This document shows positions 1-12,856 of a stretch of DNA of 64,000 nt, in pieces (the first letter of the stretch is position 1; each line of letters opens with the position of its first letter). Both the position numbers and the translations under genes were made by a program. The notes under the pieces are model-generated. The model worked only from the letters and a program-made list of their open reading frames with translations. It had not been told where the DNA came from and did not search any database. The stretch is from Tubiluchus corallicola (lineage: Eukaryota; Animalia; Priapulida). Location of the stretch: positions 868,001 to 932,000 of the forward strand of contig JAQGDQ010000017.1 of the NCBI GenBank assembly GCA_030141605.1. Reading direction: 5' to 3'.

Positions 1-2729
1 CTGTTAGCGAAAACAAGCGGCCAGGGAGACTGACTCTTGATATCAACTACCAAGATGAAATTTACGTCTGAATAAACCTTTTCAGCTTCTGCGAATTTCA
101 TGTTCATTATACTAAAGTCAACTCCAAACGGTTCATGAACAGCGACATCTATTTTAGTACTGTTAATACACCTACACCCAAGCTTTCTACAATTTTGTTC
201 AATGTCAATATTATACGAGACTTCGAGGAGAAACTGCCTACGTCCAGCCTCCGCACAGCGACAATAAATAGTTTTTGCAAACTTTGCATGAGGATACAAG
301 TCACCTAAATTAATGTCTGAAAGTTTTGAACAAGGAACTTTGTTCAAGTCCTCAAAAAACTCCGTAGAAATCTGTTTAGCACTTTCTGGAATCTCCTCGG
401 CTTGTTGTACACTGATGCTTACATTTCTAATCTCAGAAACCTCGGTGTTTACTATCACAATATTAATTGCGTAATACTCGTTTACTAGGGCAGGGTTATC
501 GTGCTGTACATCAACCGTAATTTCAGAAATTCGAGGGACAATCTGAGAGGATGAAACAACGGGTATTTGCTCAAATTTGCAGTTGGCGAATTCTGCATCC
601 GCATCAAGTTTTTTCTGATTCAACTGAACAGCAGGTGGTTCTACAATGGCATCAGTACCACTGCCCAACCAGTGTAGGACCGCACAGCAGCCTTCTTCTG
701 ACCCCAGTGCAAGCACCACTCCTGAGATGTCTAACGAAGAACTGACATCTTCCGGTTTAACTGGAAATGTAAATTGGTGCATGAAAACTGCAGTGGAATG
801 TAAACAAGTACCGTCTGTGTTTGTATACACACAGTTTTGATTGTAGGATTGCTGCTTGAAAAAAACTGAAAGTTTGGTAAAATGAATAGGCACAGGGGCA
901 CAACTATGTAGCGCGATACATACTTTGATGAGAGACTCGGCTGTAAAGTTCTTTTTCACAAACCTAGCCTTGCACTCAATACACGAAGCCAAATTATGCA
1001 TTTCAACCGTAAATTGGAGTGCTTCACACTGTGGCAGCGCCCACAATTGTTTGGCAGCCTCCACGCACTCGTGTTCGCACCCTGGCTCTGGATCAGGGCT
1101 TTCCCGCGACATAACCTTGATCAAATTCGTGGCAATTCGATATTTTTCTTCACACGAAAGCACCGCATGCTTGCCAATCAATTCTAGGCAAATGGTGACA
1201 TACTCGGAAATATTTCTCACAAGGTAAGCGCAGCGAAGTGATATCAACAGGATATGCGTTAAGAGTTTCCACCAACGTTCACTCCTGTAATCCCAAGTTA
1301 CTCTACCCAGCAATGCCAGTGCCTTATCATAGTCTTTAGCATGATAGTACTCTTCGCCGATTAACACAACAAGGTGCAATCGTAAACGAGCGCACTTGTA
1401 CTTTTTAAATTGTGCGACGGCGCTGCTTAACAGCGGTATCACCAACCAAGAATGGTCGACCTGTCGTTCACGAATCTGAAGCGCAAGGATTCCCTCTCGC
1501 TCACGCTGCACGTGAGGCGATTCTAGACTCTGGTGACCTTGGCGCCAAGCTCGTTGACCATAATACTCCATGCGCGACATGTTTTCCAGAGGATCAGGAG
1601 ATGGATATATCGCATCGGCATGACACAGTGCTCTGCATAGCTGTTTTCTTGCCACAGCATGATTGGCTGCCTCCTGATAGTAAAATCCGGGATGTTGGGT
1701 CTGTATGGCAGCCAATCCCGCCTTAATAGCTTCTTCAAACAAATCTCCAAAGAGAGAAAATTGTTTGGAGAGCCATGCGCTGTGCTCAAAAGCAAGGTCT
1801 GGTGCTCCTATCTTGTTCTTGTAGAAGTCGACATGCTTACGAAACTGAGATATGGCATCGAGGGGAGTGCTGTGCTGAAAACATATCTTGCATATCTTGT
1901 AGTTCAGAAAACCGGCTACAACTTTTATCTCCAGTAGGTTATAGTCGGTTATCCTAAGCTCTTGCAAGTTGATGTACGCCTGTCTGTAGTGCTTTATAGC
2001 AGTGTGCGTGTCCTGCTTAAGCTCATTATAGAAGGCTATTTTGAACTGATGGCGTACAAACAATAATGCATGCGTTGTCTTATTCAAATAGTCTCTGTGA
2101 GTTTTGATAGTTCGGCTTTCTTGAAGATAAAAACCTTTTGCAATTTCATAGAGAGCATTTTCTAATCGAATAACGTACCCCAACAAATGATCTGTATGAG
2201 GTAACACGAATAAGAGTTTCTGCATGTTACAGGCAGTAGACAGCTGTGCCGCCCTCTCTTCTGCAACCTTGTCTTCGCCGGGAGGCAGTGGGGTGTTTTT
2301 CTGTATCAGCACAAGCACCACTTTGCTCTGTTGCCCCTCCAGAGCGGTTCTGATGACTTCGACGAGCGTCACGCACTCCATGCGTTTCTCGTTCCACTGC
2401 GCTTCGTCCCAGTCAAGCTCGAAAAACACGACCACAATCGCGGGTATCGTATGCAGGTGCTTGTGCATCCAGTTGGTTTTTAGTATACCTTTGGGAATGT
2501 ACCACTCATATGACGTCTTCTTCGGCTTGGGCTTTGGGTACTCATGATCGCCGGGCAGGACTTGGAACTGAATTGGGACACGATCGGGACGTCGGTTATT
2601 GTTGAACGCATCCCAGATTAGTTTGTGCACGGCATTGTACACAATGTCCAAGCCAGTAAGCACAATCAGAGCTTGCGGCTTGGCACACAGTTCAGGTGGA
2701 ACGTCACCTGGTGTTATCATCTTGACCAT
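1..2729 (-). CDS. TRAPPC11: Trafficking protein particle complex subunit 11 (TRAPP III), 5' part; ORF runs off the left edge of the window
   Basis: Manual minus-strand translation from ATG 2729 (alternative ATG 2720): MVKMITPGDVPPELCAKPQALIVLTGLD...SYEWYIPKGILKTNWMHKHL..IPAIVVVFFELDWDE...LLFVRHQFKIAFYNELKQD...QHPGFYYQEAA...YYGQRAWRQG...YRSERWWKLL, all recognisable TRAPPC11/gryzun motifs. No stop noticed over ~909 codons. Absent from the ORF track because the stop lies outside the window. Splice acceptor (minus strand ttttacag|G) at 2772/2771 implies a 5'UTR intron. Confidence 0.95.
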   Translation of the reverse strand, partial: MVKMITPGDVPPELCAKPQALIVLTGLDIVYNAVHKLIWDAFNNNRRPDRVPIQFQVLPGDHEYPKPKPKKTSYEWYIPKGILKTNWMHKHLHTIPAIVVVFFELDWDEAQWNEKRMECVTLVEVIRTALEGQQSKVVLVLIQKNTPLPPGEDKVAEERAAQLSTACNMQKLLFVLPHTDHLLGYVIRLENALYEIAKGFYLQESRTIKTHRDYLNKTTHALLFVRHQFKIAFYNELKQDTHTAIKHYRQAYINLQELRITDYNLLEIKVVAGFLNYKICKICFQHSTPLDAISQFRKHVDFYKNKIGAPDLAFEHSAWLSKQFSLFGDLFEEAIKAGLAAIQTQHPGFYYQEAANHAVARKQLCRALCHADAIYPSPDPLENMSRMEYYGQRAWRQGHQSLESPHVQREREGILALQIRERQVDHSWLVIPLLSSAVAQFKKYKCARLRLHLVVLIGEEYYHAKDYDKALALLGRVTWDYRSERWWKLLTHILLISLRCAYLVRNISEYVTICLELIGKHAVLSCEEKYRIATNLIKVMSRESPDPEPGCEHECVEAAKQLWALPQCEALQFTVEMHNLASCIECKARFVKKNFTAESLIKVCIALHSCAPVPIHFTKLSVFFKQQSYNQNCVYTNTDGTCLHSTAVFMHQFTFPVKPEDVSSSLDISGVVLALGSEEGCCAVLHWLGSGTDAIVEPPAVQLNQKKLDADAEFANCKFEQIPVVSSSQIVPRISEITVDVQHDNPALVNEYYAINIVIVNTEVSEIRNVSISVQQAEEIPESAKQISTEFFEDLNKVPCSKLSDINLGDLYPHAKFAKTIYCRCAEAGRRQFLLEVSYNIDIEQNCRKLGCRCINSTKIDVAVHEPFGVDFSIMNMKFAEAEKVYSDVNFILVVDIKSQSPWPLVFAN

Positions 2730-3889
2730 CGGCTATCTATTGTTCAAAGTGTTTTATAGCAAGTAAGTTACCTGTAAAATAAAAAAAAATGTAGTAGAAA
2801 ACAAAGTAGATTTAATTTTGAATAATTTTACAAAATTAAATTATAAAATTTGGCCTATTTCACATATGACCTCATTGCAGGACACCAACAGAATAAGAGT
2901 TTCCAGTCTGAATCATTGATTATAAGCAAGGCAATGGCTGAGCATGACGTAATCGTGTAAGCATTGGGTCTCAGAACAATAAAAAACAGCACGTGTATAG
3001 AGAAACACAGATGAACTTCTTTCATCATCCAAACAGATGCAGGTTATGCTTAACTGACTAGGCACGACATGCTATTAATGCTAAATAGTAAACAATATAT
3101 TTCATTATAAGCTATTAACAGCATTATGACTTCAGTAGCATGATCCTGTGGCGAAATCTTTGTACAATACAAAACCATTGAAATCATTAAATTTTGTAAG
3201 GAGCAAGTTAAATGGCCAGCTTATCAAATTCAGTACACAGAAAGGAAGGATTTAAAGCAGTTTGTGGCATGATGGATTAAAATAAGGAAACACGCTAAAC
3301 TTTTATACAACTGAAGAAAATTAAAAGAGAAACAATTTGGAATGCACAGCTCTTAATCAAAATCATTTTATATAAATTTCTAACAAATACTTCATGTAAG
3401 TATTCTTGTAACTATTGGTATCAACTGCATGTTCTCACTTTCATACGAGACCTGGCAGCAGGGCCAGTACTAGCAAGTACTACGAGGAAGGCTGTACCAA
3501 ACAGTTGGAGTGGCAAGGCAAAAGACACATGTACCTTAAATTTTTGTTTGCGTCCTAGTCACAACAAATAGATTTTTATTGCCAGATCTTAAGTTTCTGG
3601 ATGGCGTGTAAAATAAAAGCAGATGACATAAAAGAAGCAAAAGCTCTTTGGTTACACACAAGTATGTTATTTTAAGTGAGTGAATTAAGAATATTGAGTC
3701 AATTATGTGAGTTATTTGAGTCATTTACCGAAGTTTTTATATACATTTGAATAGGAGCAGGTTCCAGGCGTTTTTGAGTCAATTAAGTGTTCGAATCTAT
3801 TAACTGTGAGTCTAACAAATGGCGCTCAGTTAAGTGGTTAAGAAAAGGGTGTCAGATGTTCAGCTTCATTAAAACGAAACGTCGCCGCA

Positions 3890-3919
3890 TGGGGAGTCGT
3901 TAAGTGAGGATTAACTGTA
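3890..3919 (-). mobile_element. Probable terminal inverted repeat of a Tc1/pogo(Tigger)-like MITE (one end only)
   Basis: Minus strand reads TA-CAGTTAATCCTCACTTAACGAC, resembling the TA+CAGT..CCTC..TTAAC ends of pogo/Tigger elements; the partner end was not found. Confidence 0.35.
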
Positions 3920-4959
3920 AGCATAACAGAAATCTAAAAAACAGAACAAAAGAACCCATTCTCTGATGCTCACATGACACTTTCATACAGTACACATTAT
4001 GACCGCAGTTCTTGAATTATTATTATCATATACATTTCACTAATTTTCCCTGTACCTTAGTGTTTTCCTGTCGTTTTTAAAGGGATAAATAAAATAATAT
4101 CTATTTTTATGTGATATTTTTAATAGGCACTGATAATATATCAAGGCTTTATTTTGTATTAGGCCTATATTATAGTTTTCTATATATTCTAACTCTTTTG
4201 TTGGTTACTTTTGGGGCTAATTTCATTTCTCTTTTCTTCTTAATTTTACATACAGCATCTATTATAGACATAGACAGTTTTTATTTATCTTTCCATTAAC
4301 ACCACTATTAATACATGCAACTTTACAAGAGAGATTAACTACACAGATAAATTAAAAATGCACAAAGGAAAAGGATCGGGAGGTGTGCGCACTAGAGGAG
4401 AAAAATTAGCAAAAGACCAGTTGATGGGTCAAGTCAGTTACCCTTACTAAAGCTTATAAACTAAATTTTCTTCACAAAGCCACAACAGACGCTGTACACT
4501 GATCACAGAGGCGGTTTACTGAATATTACGCAAATAGAGTTTTTATAAATCAGCTTTGTACTCATTTTTATACAAAATCATTTTGCAGCTCACAACCTCA
4601 CACCACGTAAACAGCAAGATGGGACATCATGTTCCTGTTTCCCCTAGCGTTCGATCCCTGAAAGTTTTTATCACCACAACGCTAACACTCAAATCTAATT
4701 TTCGGCTCTCAAAGGAAAGACTACGTTTCAGAAAAAGCAGCTTGAAAAATTAATTGATAAAAAATTTTTCTTACTATTATTTTCAAATTTTTTATTATTA
4801 CTATTCTACAGATGTGGTTCAAAAAAATTAACGAAAAACATAATTTCTTTAGCCAGCAGATTATATTGCACTCCACTTGTCGAACTCCACCTGTTGTAGC
4901 TTGTGTTCGACAAAAACAATTGTTTGCATATTTAATGGAAATATGTCTTTATGGGGTGG

Positions 4960-5850
4960 CTTAATCAGCAGTGTTTTATTTTAATCTCTTATAGTAAATG
5001 ACATCAATATCAACATTTCCAGCACTGTAAATTATGCTGATGATAAAAAGATTTTCATAGCAATGGATAGTTTTGAAGAAACATTCTACCATCAGGAATT
5101 CTTGTGTAAAATATCATCAGCAGTCACTTCACTGACAAACGTTGTTTTATAATGGAGAAATGTGAATTATATTCATGTTTCAATAATATGCATTAGGATT
5201 TTATGGGATGTGCAAAACTGGAAACTAGAAAGTACTGGTGAAGTTGTATAAAGATTTGGAAAGTAAATGTTAATAATTAAATGAGTTGCCGAAGACTAGC
5301 AGTTAGTCCCGTACACCATATATAGGCATAAAATTTTAATAACAAAAACGCATAAGTAAAGCTAGTAAAAAGTTTTGTTAAACCACACTTGAGTTACTGC
5401 ATGCAGGCATGGGGATGTTATTATTGCCATGTTGTGGTTTATGGTTGTCATGGTTCCTTTGGTACAATCAAATATTCAACACGGCAATTAAACTATCTAA
5501 TTCTTAAGTAATAGATATACTACATGTATAATTACGACATCACAGTTATGATGAAAGATGCTAGATTGTTCGAGGCTGTACAAAAAGGGAACAATTAATT
5601 GAATGTCTTAGTTTTCAAAGTTTATGTATAAACAGAAATTGAACAGCTAGAGCAGATTAATGCATCCTTCCAGAATATCAATGGGTAAAAGCAGAGACCT
5701 GATTGAAGCTCTAAAATTGTGAATAGACTCGAGGGTCTGGAGCTTAATGAATTAATTTGTTGTGTTAGTTATTATAGCAGGACAAGAGGTCAATCTAAAA
5801 AAATTAATGAAATGAATTGGATACTTAACATGGAGCTATTCTAAGTGAGG
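4960..5850 (+). mobile_element. Degenerate CR1/L2-type LINE reverse transcriptase remnant
   Basis: TAT GCT GAT GAT AAA AAG ATT TTC = YADDKKIF at 5033; downstream KPHL..YCMQAW-like (~5380-5412) and RDLIEA-like (~5694) pieces in the order expected for the CR1 ORF2 C-terminus; many stops and frameshifts. Confidence 0.65.
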
Positions 5851-7951
5851 TTTATCATTTAATGTTCGAAAATGCAATGCTTACTGTTTTGCAAAACAAG
5901 CTTCTATTAATGTAAGATGGTGGCTCATGCTGTGAAAAAGTAGCGATTGATATCATGGAAAAATATATGATCCAAAGATCTGGAGTTCTTGACTCACAGG
6001 AACAAGATGCTGGTTGCGAGCAGAACTCAAAGAGCTGGCTTTGTGACTTTGACGAGCAACAGATTTGGAGTGGCAGCAGAATGTCGCTGACAGGCTTTAT
6101 TACGTGATGGTTGAAAACACTGAGACCAGTAAATGACACCACTAAATTCGGTCTACAATGGTGTTTTTGTGATTATCCTTGGTCCTCATATGATATCACG
6201 GCATAAAATACCATCAATTAATAAGACTTTATTCTTGAACAACGATCCCACTACTGGAGATCCAGACTAGATTTTTCAAGTTAGAGGCTAATAGTTTCAG
6301 CCAAAATACCTTTAAATATCTGGAGTTAGTTAACAGAAAAGCGGTAGTTAACATAGAATTAACAAGGAGTAATAGCGACAACTGCTAAGGGAGAATTAAG
6401 GCTCTGAATTCTCATACTGTAAATGCCTCAAGAGTCACTTAATTGGGGGACTTCTAGAAAAAGATTTCGAAGCACAACACAAACAAGCGCAACAAGTGTA
6501 CAAGTTACCAAATTACCCAGCCGGTTACCATTGCCACTGATTATATTATAGATTAGATGAAGTTAGTTGCCCTCATTAGACAATATAAGCAAGATATGAC
6601 ACAATAATTATGTCCTATTATTTTCTGTGAACTGAACATTTGTCATGTTTTTTTTTGTAATTTTCATTGATGGGTGAGCTATTGTGAAGAACTAAAGATA
6701 GAATTACAATATTAACGGCAGATAATGCAGATAAAACTGAAATAAATGCGCTCATTGTTGCTTTATCTTCCTAGCATCAGGGAAAGTTGACTAGTGGGTC
6801 ATGACGATCAATTTTTCTAAAAGCAAAAGGGCAAACAAGCACACAGCATTGCACTGCTACAGTGGAGTTAAGAGAAGTGGACCACGTGTTTGAGATTAAA
6901 ATTGTGTTGTGTCTGCATTTTCCAAAATATTATTAGACTAAACGTTCCAACAACAAAATTATTATAATTTTAGAAAAAGAGAGCGATGTAAAGTAGTAAA
7001 TAAAGCGTTTCGACATCATACGTCCCTAACTTGGCTGCTAAAGATTGCTGTTCTTTCTACATGGTGGCTCGCAAAATGCAAGCCATGGCTTATTCGTAGA
7101 AGTTAATGTCACGATCTATAATTTTAGATGCTGCATTTTAGTTTATCAGAGTTTGGTAATTTAATATGGTTGTTCAACATTTAGTTTATCATCGAATTTG
7201 CGGCATTTATACCTCGGCATAAGATAATGCCTAATTTGATTTAGCTAGATTTATTATAGTGTAATTTCAGTTTATTGCAAAATACATAATTATATTCATC
7301 AGACAGTCGTACTTTTAAAATAAAACGTAATTTCCGTTTTTTACCATTTTAGAGCTTTTTGTAGAACATTAATGTTTTGGTATTCTCAGAATACCAATGA
7401 GAGCGTGTGCGTCTCGTGCTTTACTAATTTGGCATCAAATTATAGATTGTCACTCACTGAGCTTTTGACCTCGTACTAAATTGTTTGTGCAGCAGTTGAT
7501 TAAACTGTGTCATTCATTTTCTTCCATTTTCGATTGGTCTTACTTTTCTCAGCTCAACTTTCCAGCTGTTTCTTGGTCACCTGAAACTGTTTTAGCTTTT
7601 CTTTTGTAAATTTGGTATTGGGTGGAGAGCTGTGCTGTTGATTTACATTTAAGACTATGTTGCATTTACGAGTAATGTAACTCCACTTTTGAATTTTTCC
7701 CTGTCGACTTTTTGTGTTCATAATACACGAGACAGTTTTATTTGTGATGGAATATTTGTTGACTTCTGTTTTTGATTATTTGAAAATAGAAATCATCACA
7801 AGTTTTAACTTTAAGTATGCACAACACACGTATAAGAAGCCCATATGTGTGACGTATCTTGACTAGTCTTAAATCTGTTTTGTGTTAAATTGCTCTTTAT
7901 GACTTCTAAGGTTTCTGTATTTTGCATGCCATAATTGTTTGGTGTCGATAT

Positions 7952-8051
7952 TGTCAGATATGCATAAATGATGTGTTTATTACCACGAGGTCTGCGAGTA
8001 ACATGGGTAACCTTTTAGTACAAGGTTCTACATCTATGACTATATGTTACA
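7952..8051 (-). repeat. 3' LTR (100 bp)
   Basis: Identical to 12757-12856 on base-by-base comparison; minus strand TGTAACA...CTGACA containing AATAAA; preceded on the minus strand by the PPT. Confidence 0.97.
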
Positions 8052-8062
8052 TCTCCCTTTTT
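8052..8062 (-). other. Polypurine tract
   Basis: AAAAAGGGAGA on the minus strand directly abutting the 3' LTR. Confidence 0.9.
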
Positions 8063-8606
8063 CACAAAGCGATACAATCCTATTGACCTCAAAACGGAAT
8101 TTAGAATGTCAACTTATAAGTCTACTACATTAAATGAAAGTGTATGAATTACAAAACTTCAGCAAAGCTTCTTCCACAGTTTCACTACATTCAACTGCTG
8201 AATAATCTTAGATTAGTATAGGGCATAAAATAGATGGTACTTTCTAAGTTACAATTCAATAGTAGCTATGATATTGAATACAAAAGTACAATTCCAGCAA
8301 TACAATGGAATGAACTTAATTTTCATTTAACTATAACTGTCAGAAGTACTCAAACAAATCATGAATGCACATCTGCTGCAAACAGTTACAAATTGAACTT
8401 TTAGACAAACCAATTTAACAGCTAACTTAACTTTGTACTTCACAGTAGTTAATAAATTACAAGAACTTTGCGCTTATATATGTATCAAGTAAAATCACAA
8501 TTCAAATGAAAATGTCTACAACCACTTGACTTCTTAATCAGTTAAGTGCTAATACAATATGCACAAAATTTAAACTTGTGAACAGGAAAACATAAGTAAC
8601 TTGCAG

Positions 8607-11600
8607 TTAATAGTCAAATCTTTTTGGTGGCTTTGACACACGGCCACTTCTAGTAGTAACTACTTTTTCTTCTGGTAATTCCTTGCGGTTAGGATTTTTG
8701 GACTTCACATCCTGAGGAACTTTCATTTCTTCAGCAACATGATTTCCATTAGACTTCTCTTCTAAATTATCTGGTGAAACATCTGGTATAGGTAAATTTT
8801 GATTATTTATCCTAGGTATATAAGTAGCTTTAGGAAGTTCATACTGAAACAATTGGCTTCTAGTTGGGTAGGAACTAAGACGTTGTTTTCCTTCCCTGTT
8901 AGCTTAGTAAGTAGATAAATGTAGGAATTTCCGATTTCGCCGATACTTCTTGCCATTATACTCCACAATATAAGACCTTGGAGTATTATGATGTGCTATA
9001 ACTGTAGCCGGAAGCCACTGGTTATTATTAGCTCCAGGAAAGGGAGCCATGCGTACAGGATCTTCAGGAACTAAAACTGGTAAGTCCTGGCTAGCTTTCT
9101 GGTCATAGCAGAACTGTTGTCTGTTCTTTTCTTCTTCAAATTTTCTTTGAATATCTCGCATATCATAGGGTTGAGGTTTTAGCAATTCAACTGATGTGGG
9201 TATTTTAGTTCTCAGCCTCCTAGACATTAGTAGTTGAGACGGAGACAAGCCACAGCTTAAAGGTGTAGTACGGTAATCAAGCAGAGAATACTGTTTATCC
9301 TCACATTTCTTCCATAACCTTTTGACAATTTGCACTCCTCTTTCTGACTGTCCATTTGACTGAGGATACATTGGCGAAGAAGTCACATGTCTGATACCAT
9401 ACTCTTCACAAAACTTATCAAACTCATCAGAACTATACTGTGGTCCATTATCTGTTTTTATGACTTCTGGTATTCCATGTCTGCAAATCTGATTCTTCAG
9501 CTTATCAATAACACACGAGCTAGTCATGTTTTCCAACTGATCTACTTCAATGTATTTTGACTAATAATCCATGGTAACAATGTAGTGCTTTTTCTCCCAT
9601 TCAAACAAATCAGACGCTAACTCCATGCATGGAGCTTCTGGAGTCTTAGTTGCACATAAGGGCTCTTTTGTTTGATTGTTTTGATATGTGTTGCATAAAT
9701 CACAGTCACCAATCAATTCTTCAATTTGTGCCGACATGCCTGGCCAAAACAACAAATCACGTGCTTTCTTTTTACACTTCACAATTCCCATGTGAGTATT
9801 GTGCACTTGACGCAACATGTTTTTTCTCATGCTTGGTGGAACTACAATACGTTGACCTTTGTAGACCATACCATCGTACACAGCAAGACTATCTCTGTCT
9901 TTCCAAAAAGGTCTAACTGAATGTGGAACTTCTTTACAAGTGTCTGGCCAGCCATTTAATATCATTTTGTACAGTTCATATAATTCATTTGCTGTTGTCT
10001 CCTGAAACTGTTTGTATCTGTCTGGTGCCACTGATATGTGCTGTACCATATTAACATACACAGTTTCTATTTCTGGAGCTACATCTGATAAGTTAGCACG
10101 ACTTAGCATATCACCTATCACTACTTCTTTGCCTGGTTTGTACATCATTTTAATATCGTACGGCTGTAATTTAAGTAGCATAGATTGTAGTCTCATAGGT
10201 GCTGATGATAATGGCTTGCAAAAAATAGTTTGCAATGGTTTATGATCATTTTCTACTCTGATCTCTCTACCAAAAATGTAGTAGTGAAATTTGCTACAAC
10301 AATGCACAATGGACAGCATTTCTTTCTCAATCTGTGCATATCTTTGTTCTCCTTCACTCATCATTCTAGATGTGTAGGCCAGAGGTTGACCGTCTTGCAG
10401 CAAAACACCCCCAACTGCATAACTACTTGCATCACATTGGATCACATGCTGCTTTTTGGGATCATACAGTGCCAACACTGGAGATTTACATGCCAGATCT
10501 TTGAGTTTCTGGAAACTTTCCATTTGAGGTTTGTCCCAGTGAAATAGAGTTTTGTCTCTAATTAGTTCCCTTAGTGGTGCATTTATTTCACTTAGTTTAG
10601 GAATAAATTTTCCTAGATACTGCATAAAACCTAGAAATCGTCGTACATCTTCCTTGCATGTGGGTGCAGGCATTTCTTGTACTGCTCTAACTTTACCTGG
10701 ATCTGCTTTTACTCCCGTAGCACCAACCACATGACCGACATACTTAACTTCAGCTTTTCTGTACTGGCATTTATCAAAATTTAATTTTAGATTCCATTCC
10801 ATTGCTCGATTCACTAGTTTTTTCATAGTTTGGTCATGATGTTCATTGTCTATACCAGCTACTATGACATCATCCATGATTGCACGTGCTCCATCAATAT
10901 CTTCAACCATTTTATCCATAATTCTTTGATAAATTTCCGGTGCTGACTTAATACCAAAAGGAAGCTTCAACCATCTATATCTTCCTAATGGTGTATTCAT
11001 TGTGGTCAAAAGACTGGATTCATAATCCAAAGGAATTTGGAGATAGCCTGATTTTGCATCTACAACAGAGAATACTTCTGCATCGGGCATTGAAGATACT
11101 ACTTCCTCTACAGTAGGAATTGGGTAATTTTCCCTTTGAATGGCTTTATTCAGATCTGAAAGATTAAGACAAATGCGAACTTTGTCATTCTTCACCACTG
11201 CTTGCATGGAACTTACCCAGTCAGTTGGCTGTGTGACTTTGGCAATATGTCCTTCTTTTTCCATTTCCTTCAGTTTTTCTTTAATTTTTGGCAGTAAGTG
11301 TGCAGAATATCTCCTTGGACCATGCACAACAGGTTTACAATTAGGATCTATCTTTAGTGAATAAGTACCTGGTAAAGTTCCAGTAGTTTTTGTTAGTTCA
11401 GGAAACTTTTCTTGCATGCCTTGTTGCTTAGGGTACGCTTCTTGCACCTTTTTAATGCGTTCTATTAGTCCCAACTTAGCACTAGCTTTACCTGAGAAAA
11501 TAGGTGTTTGGTTCATTTCAACCACATAGTACTTAATATCTACTTGCTTTTTCTTGTAACTTGTAGCCAGTTTTACACACCCTATCACATCAATTTTATG

Positions 11601-12674
11601 TCCAGTATATGATTGAAACTTTTTATTAGTCTTAACTAGATTGTTGCGACAAGTCATAGTTTTTACTAATTTCCATGGCAAAAGACACTGTGCTGCACCA
11701 GTATCTATTTGGACTTGCACTTTACGGTTTGCTATTGTCACTGTTGCATACCAATCTTCGGTGCTTCCATCTGCACTATTAACAGTTTTAATCATTTCGA
11801 AAACATCTCTATTTGCATCACTATCTGATGAGACTATGTCTTCGACAATATTTATGCCGTTGTTTCTACATTTGCTTGCAAAATGACCTTTCTTTTTGCA
11901 TTTGCTGCAAGTCTGATGAACAGCAGGGCATTGTGATTTAAAGTGTATTCCATAACCACATCGATGGCACTCTTTCTTACTAGTTGCAGCATGTTGTTGG
12001 TCATGAAATTTAGTTTTAGCATGAAATTTGGATTTCTTAGTGTAGGTAGATCTTGATTTAGTTTTCTGTTTGGGACGCACACTGTGAATTTTACTATCTT
12101 CATCCCACCCTGCACCGATAGCTTTCATACTATCTTGTGCTATTTCATAATTTTGTCCTATGCCAATGGCCATATCTAGGGTGAGTTCGTCTCCTTTATC
12201 AAGACATTTTTCTTGTACTATAGATTCTTTGCACCTCAACACAATGGCATCACGTAACATTCTTTCTTCTAGTGCACCAAAACCACAGTTTTTAACTAGA
12301 ATTCTTAGTGATGTAACGAAATCATCAAATCTTTCATTCTGTTCTTGCTTTCTATGTGCAAACGCTACTGTAGCTCTTATTTCATTTCTTTTTGGTGTCT
12401 ATGCGTCAAATTTAGCATAGACACCCTCGAGTGTATGGTTTTCTGCGGGAATTTGGTTACCGCCTTCCACTCTTGCTGGCGCAAAATTAAAAGTGCTATA
12501 GACTTCTCTACCTTTATCTCCGATATACGTCATAAGGTAGTTGATCTTTTCAATCTCTGTTTTCTGAGACAGTGGTCCGTTAAACGTGAAGCTACAATGC
12601 TGTTTAAACCTTTTCCATTCTTTATCCAAATTTTGTGCTCGCCAGTTTATGGACGGTTTACCGTGGTCGCCCAT
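8607..12674 (-). pseudogene. gag-pol polyprotein in a single reading frame, interrupted by three in-frame stop codons
   Basis: ORF-track pieces 12399-12680, 9561-12260, 8904-9536 and 8607-8852 share one frame, separated only by TAG 12399-12401, TAG 9561-9563 and TAA 8904-8906. Motifs: CHRCG...H...C and CSKCKKKGHFASKC knuckles, protease IDTGA, RT LPFGIKSAP/IMDD, RNase H CDAS..EKE..DH, integrase HxxH..CxxC, SDLF, TDNGPQY, GQSER, C-terminal TRSGR. Confidence 0.93.
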
Positions 12675-12743
12675 CTTCAAGCTCGCATATAAAACGGTTT
12701 TTATTTTTAACCTAGGCTTTGTTTCACCTTTTTTTAAATTTTT

Positions 12744-12756
12744 ACTTCTGACACCA
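12744..12756 (-). other. Primer binding site, complementary to the 3' end of tRNA-Leu
   Basis: TGGTGTCAGAAGT immediately after the 5' LTR; matches the recalled 3' end (...ACUUCUGACACCA) of eukaryotic tRNA-Leu(CAA). Confidence 0.85.
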
Positions 12757-12856
12757 TGTCAGATATGCATAAATGATGTGTTTATTACCACGAGGTCTGC
12801 GAGTAACATGGGTAACCTTTTAGTACAAGGTTCTACATCTATGACTATATGTTACA
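12757..12856 (-). repeat. 5' LTR (100 bp)
   Basis: Identical to 7952-8051; followed on the minus strand by the PBS. Confidence 0.97.

Larger units (their letters stand above)
7952..12856 (-). mobile_element. Full-length Ty3/Gypsy LTR retrotransposon, Mag-like lineage
   Basis: Two identical 100-bp TG...CA LTRs (7952-8051, 12757-12856); 5-bp TSD GATAT (7947-7951, 12857-12861); PBS and PPT in the correct positions; domain order gag-PR-RT-RH-IN; two CCHC knuckles and very short LTRs are typical of Mag elements. Confidence 0.97.

Noticed and set aside
551-2547. Short plus-strand ORFs and the minus ORF 1523-1795
   Set aside because: Antisense or off-frame shadows of the TRAPPC11 coding exon.
8904-12401. 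Programmed stop-codon readthrough as an explanation for the in-frame stops
   Set aside because: The stops fall inside gag and inside the integrase rather than at a gag/pol boundary, so nonsense mutation is more parsimonious.
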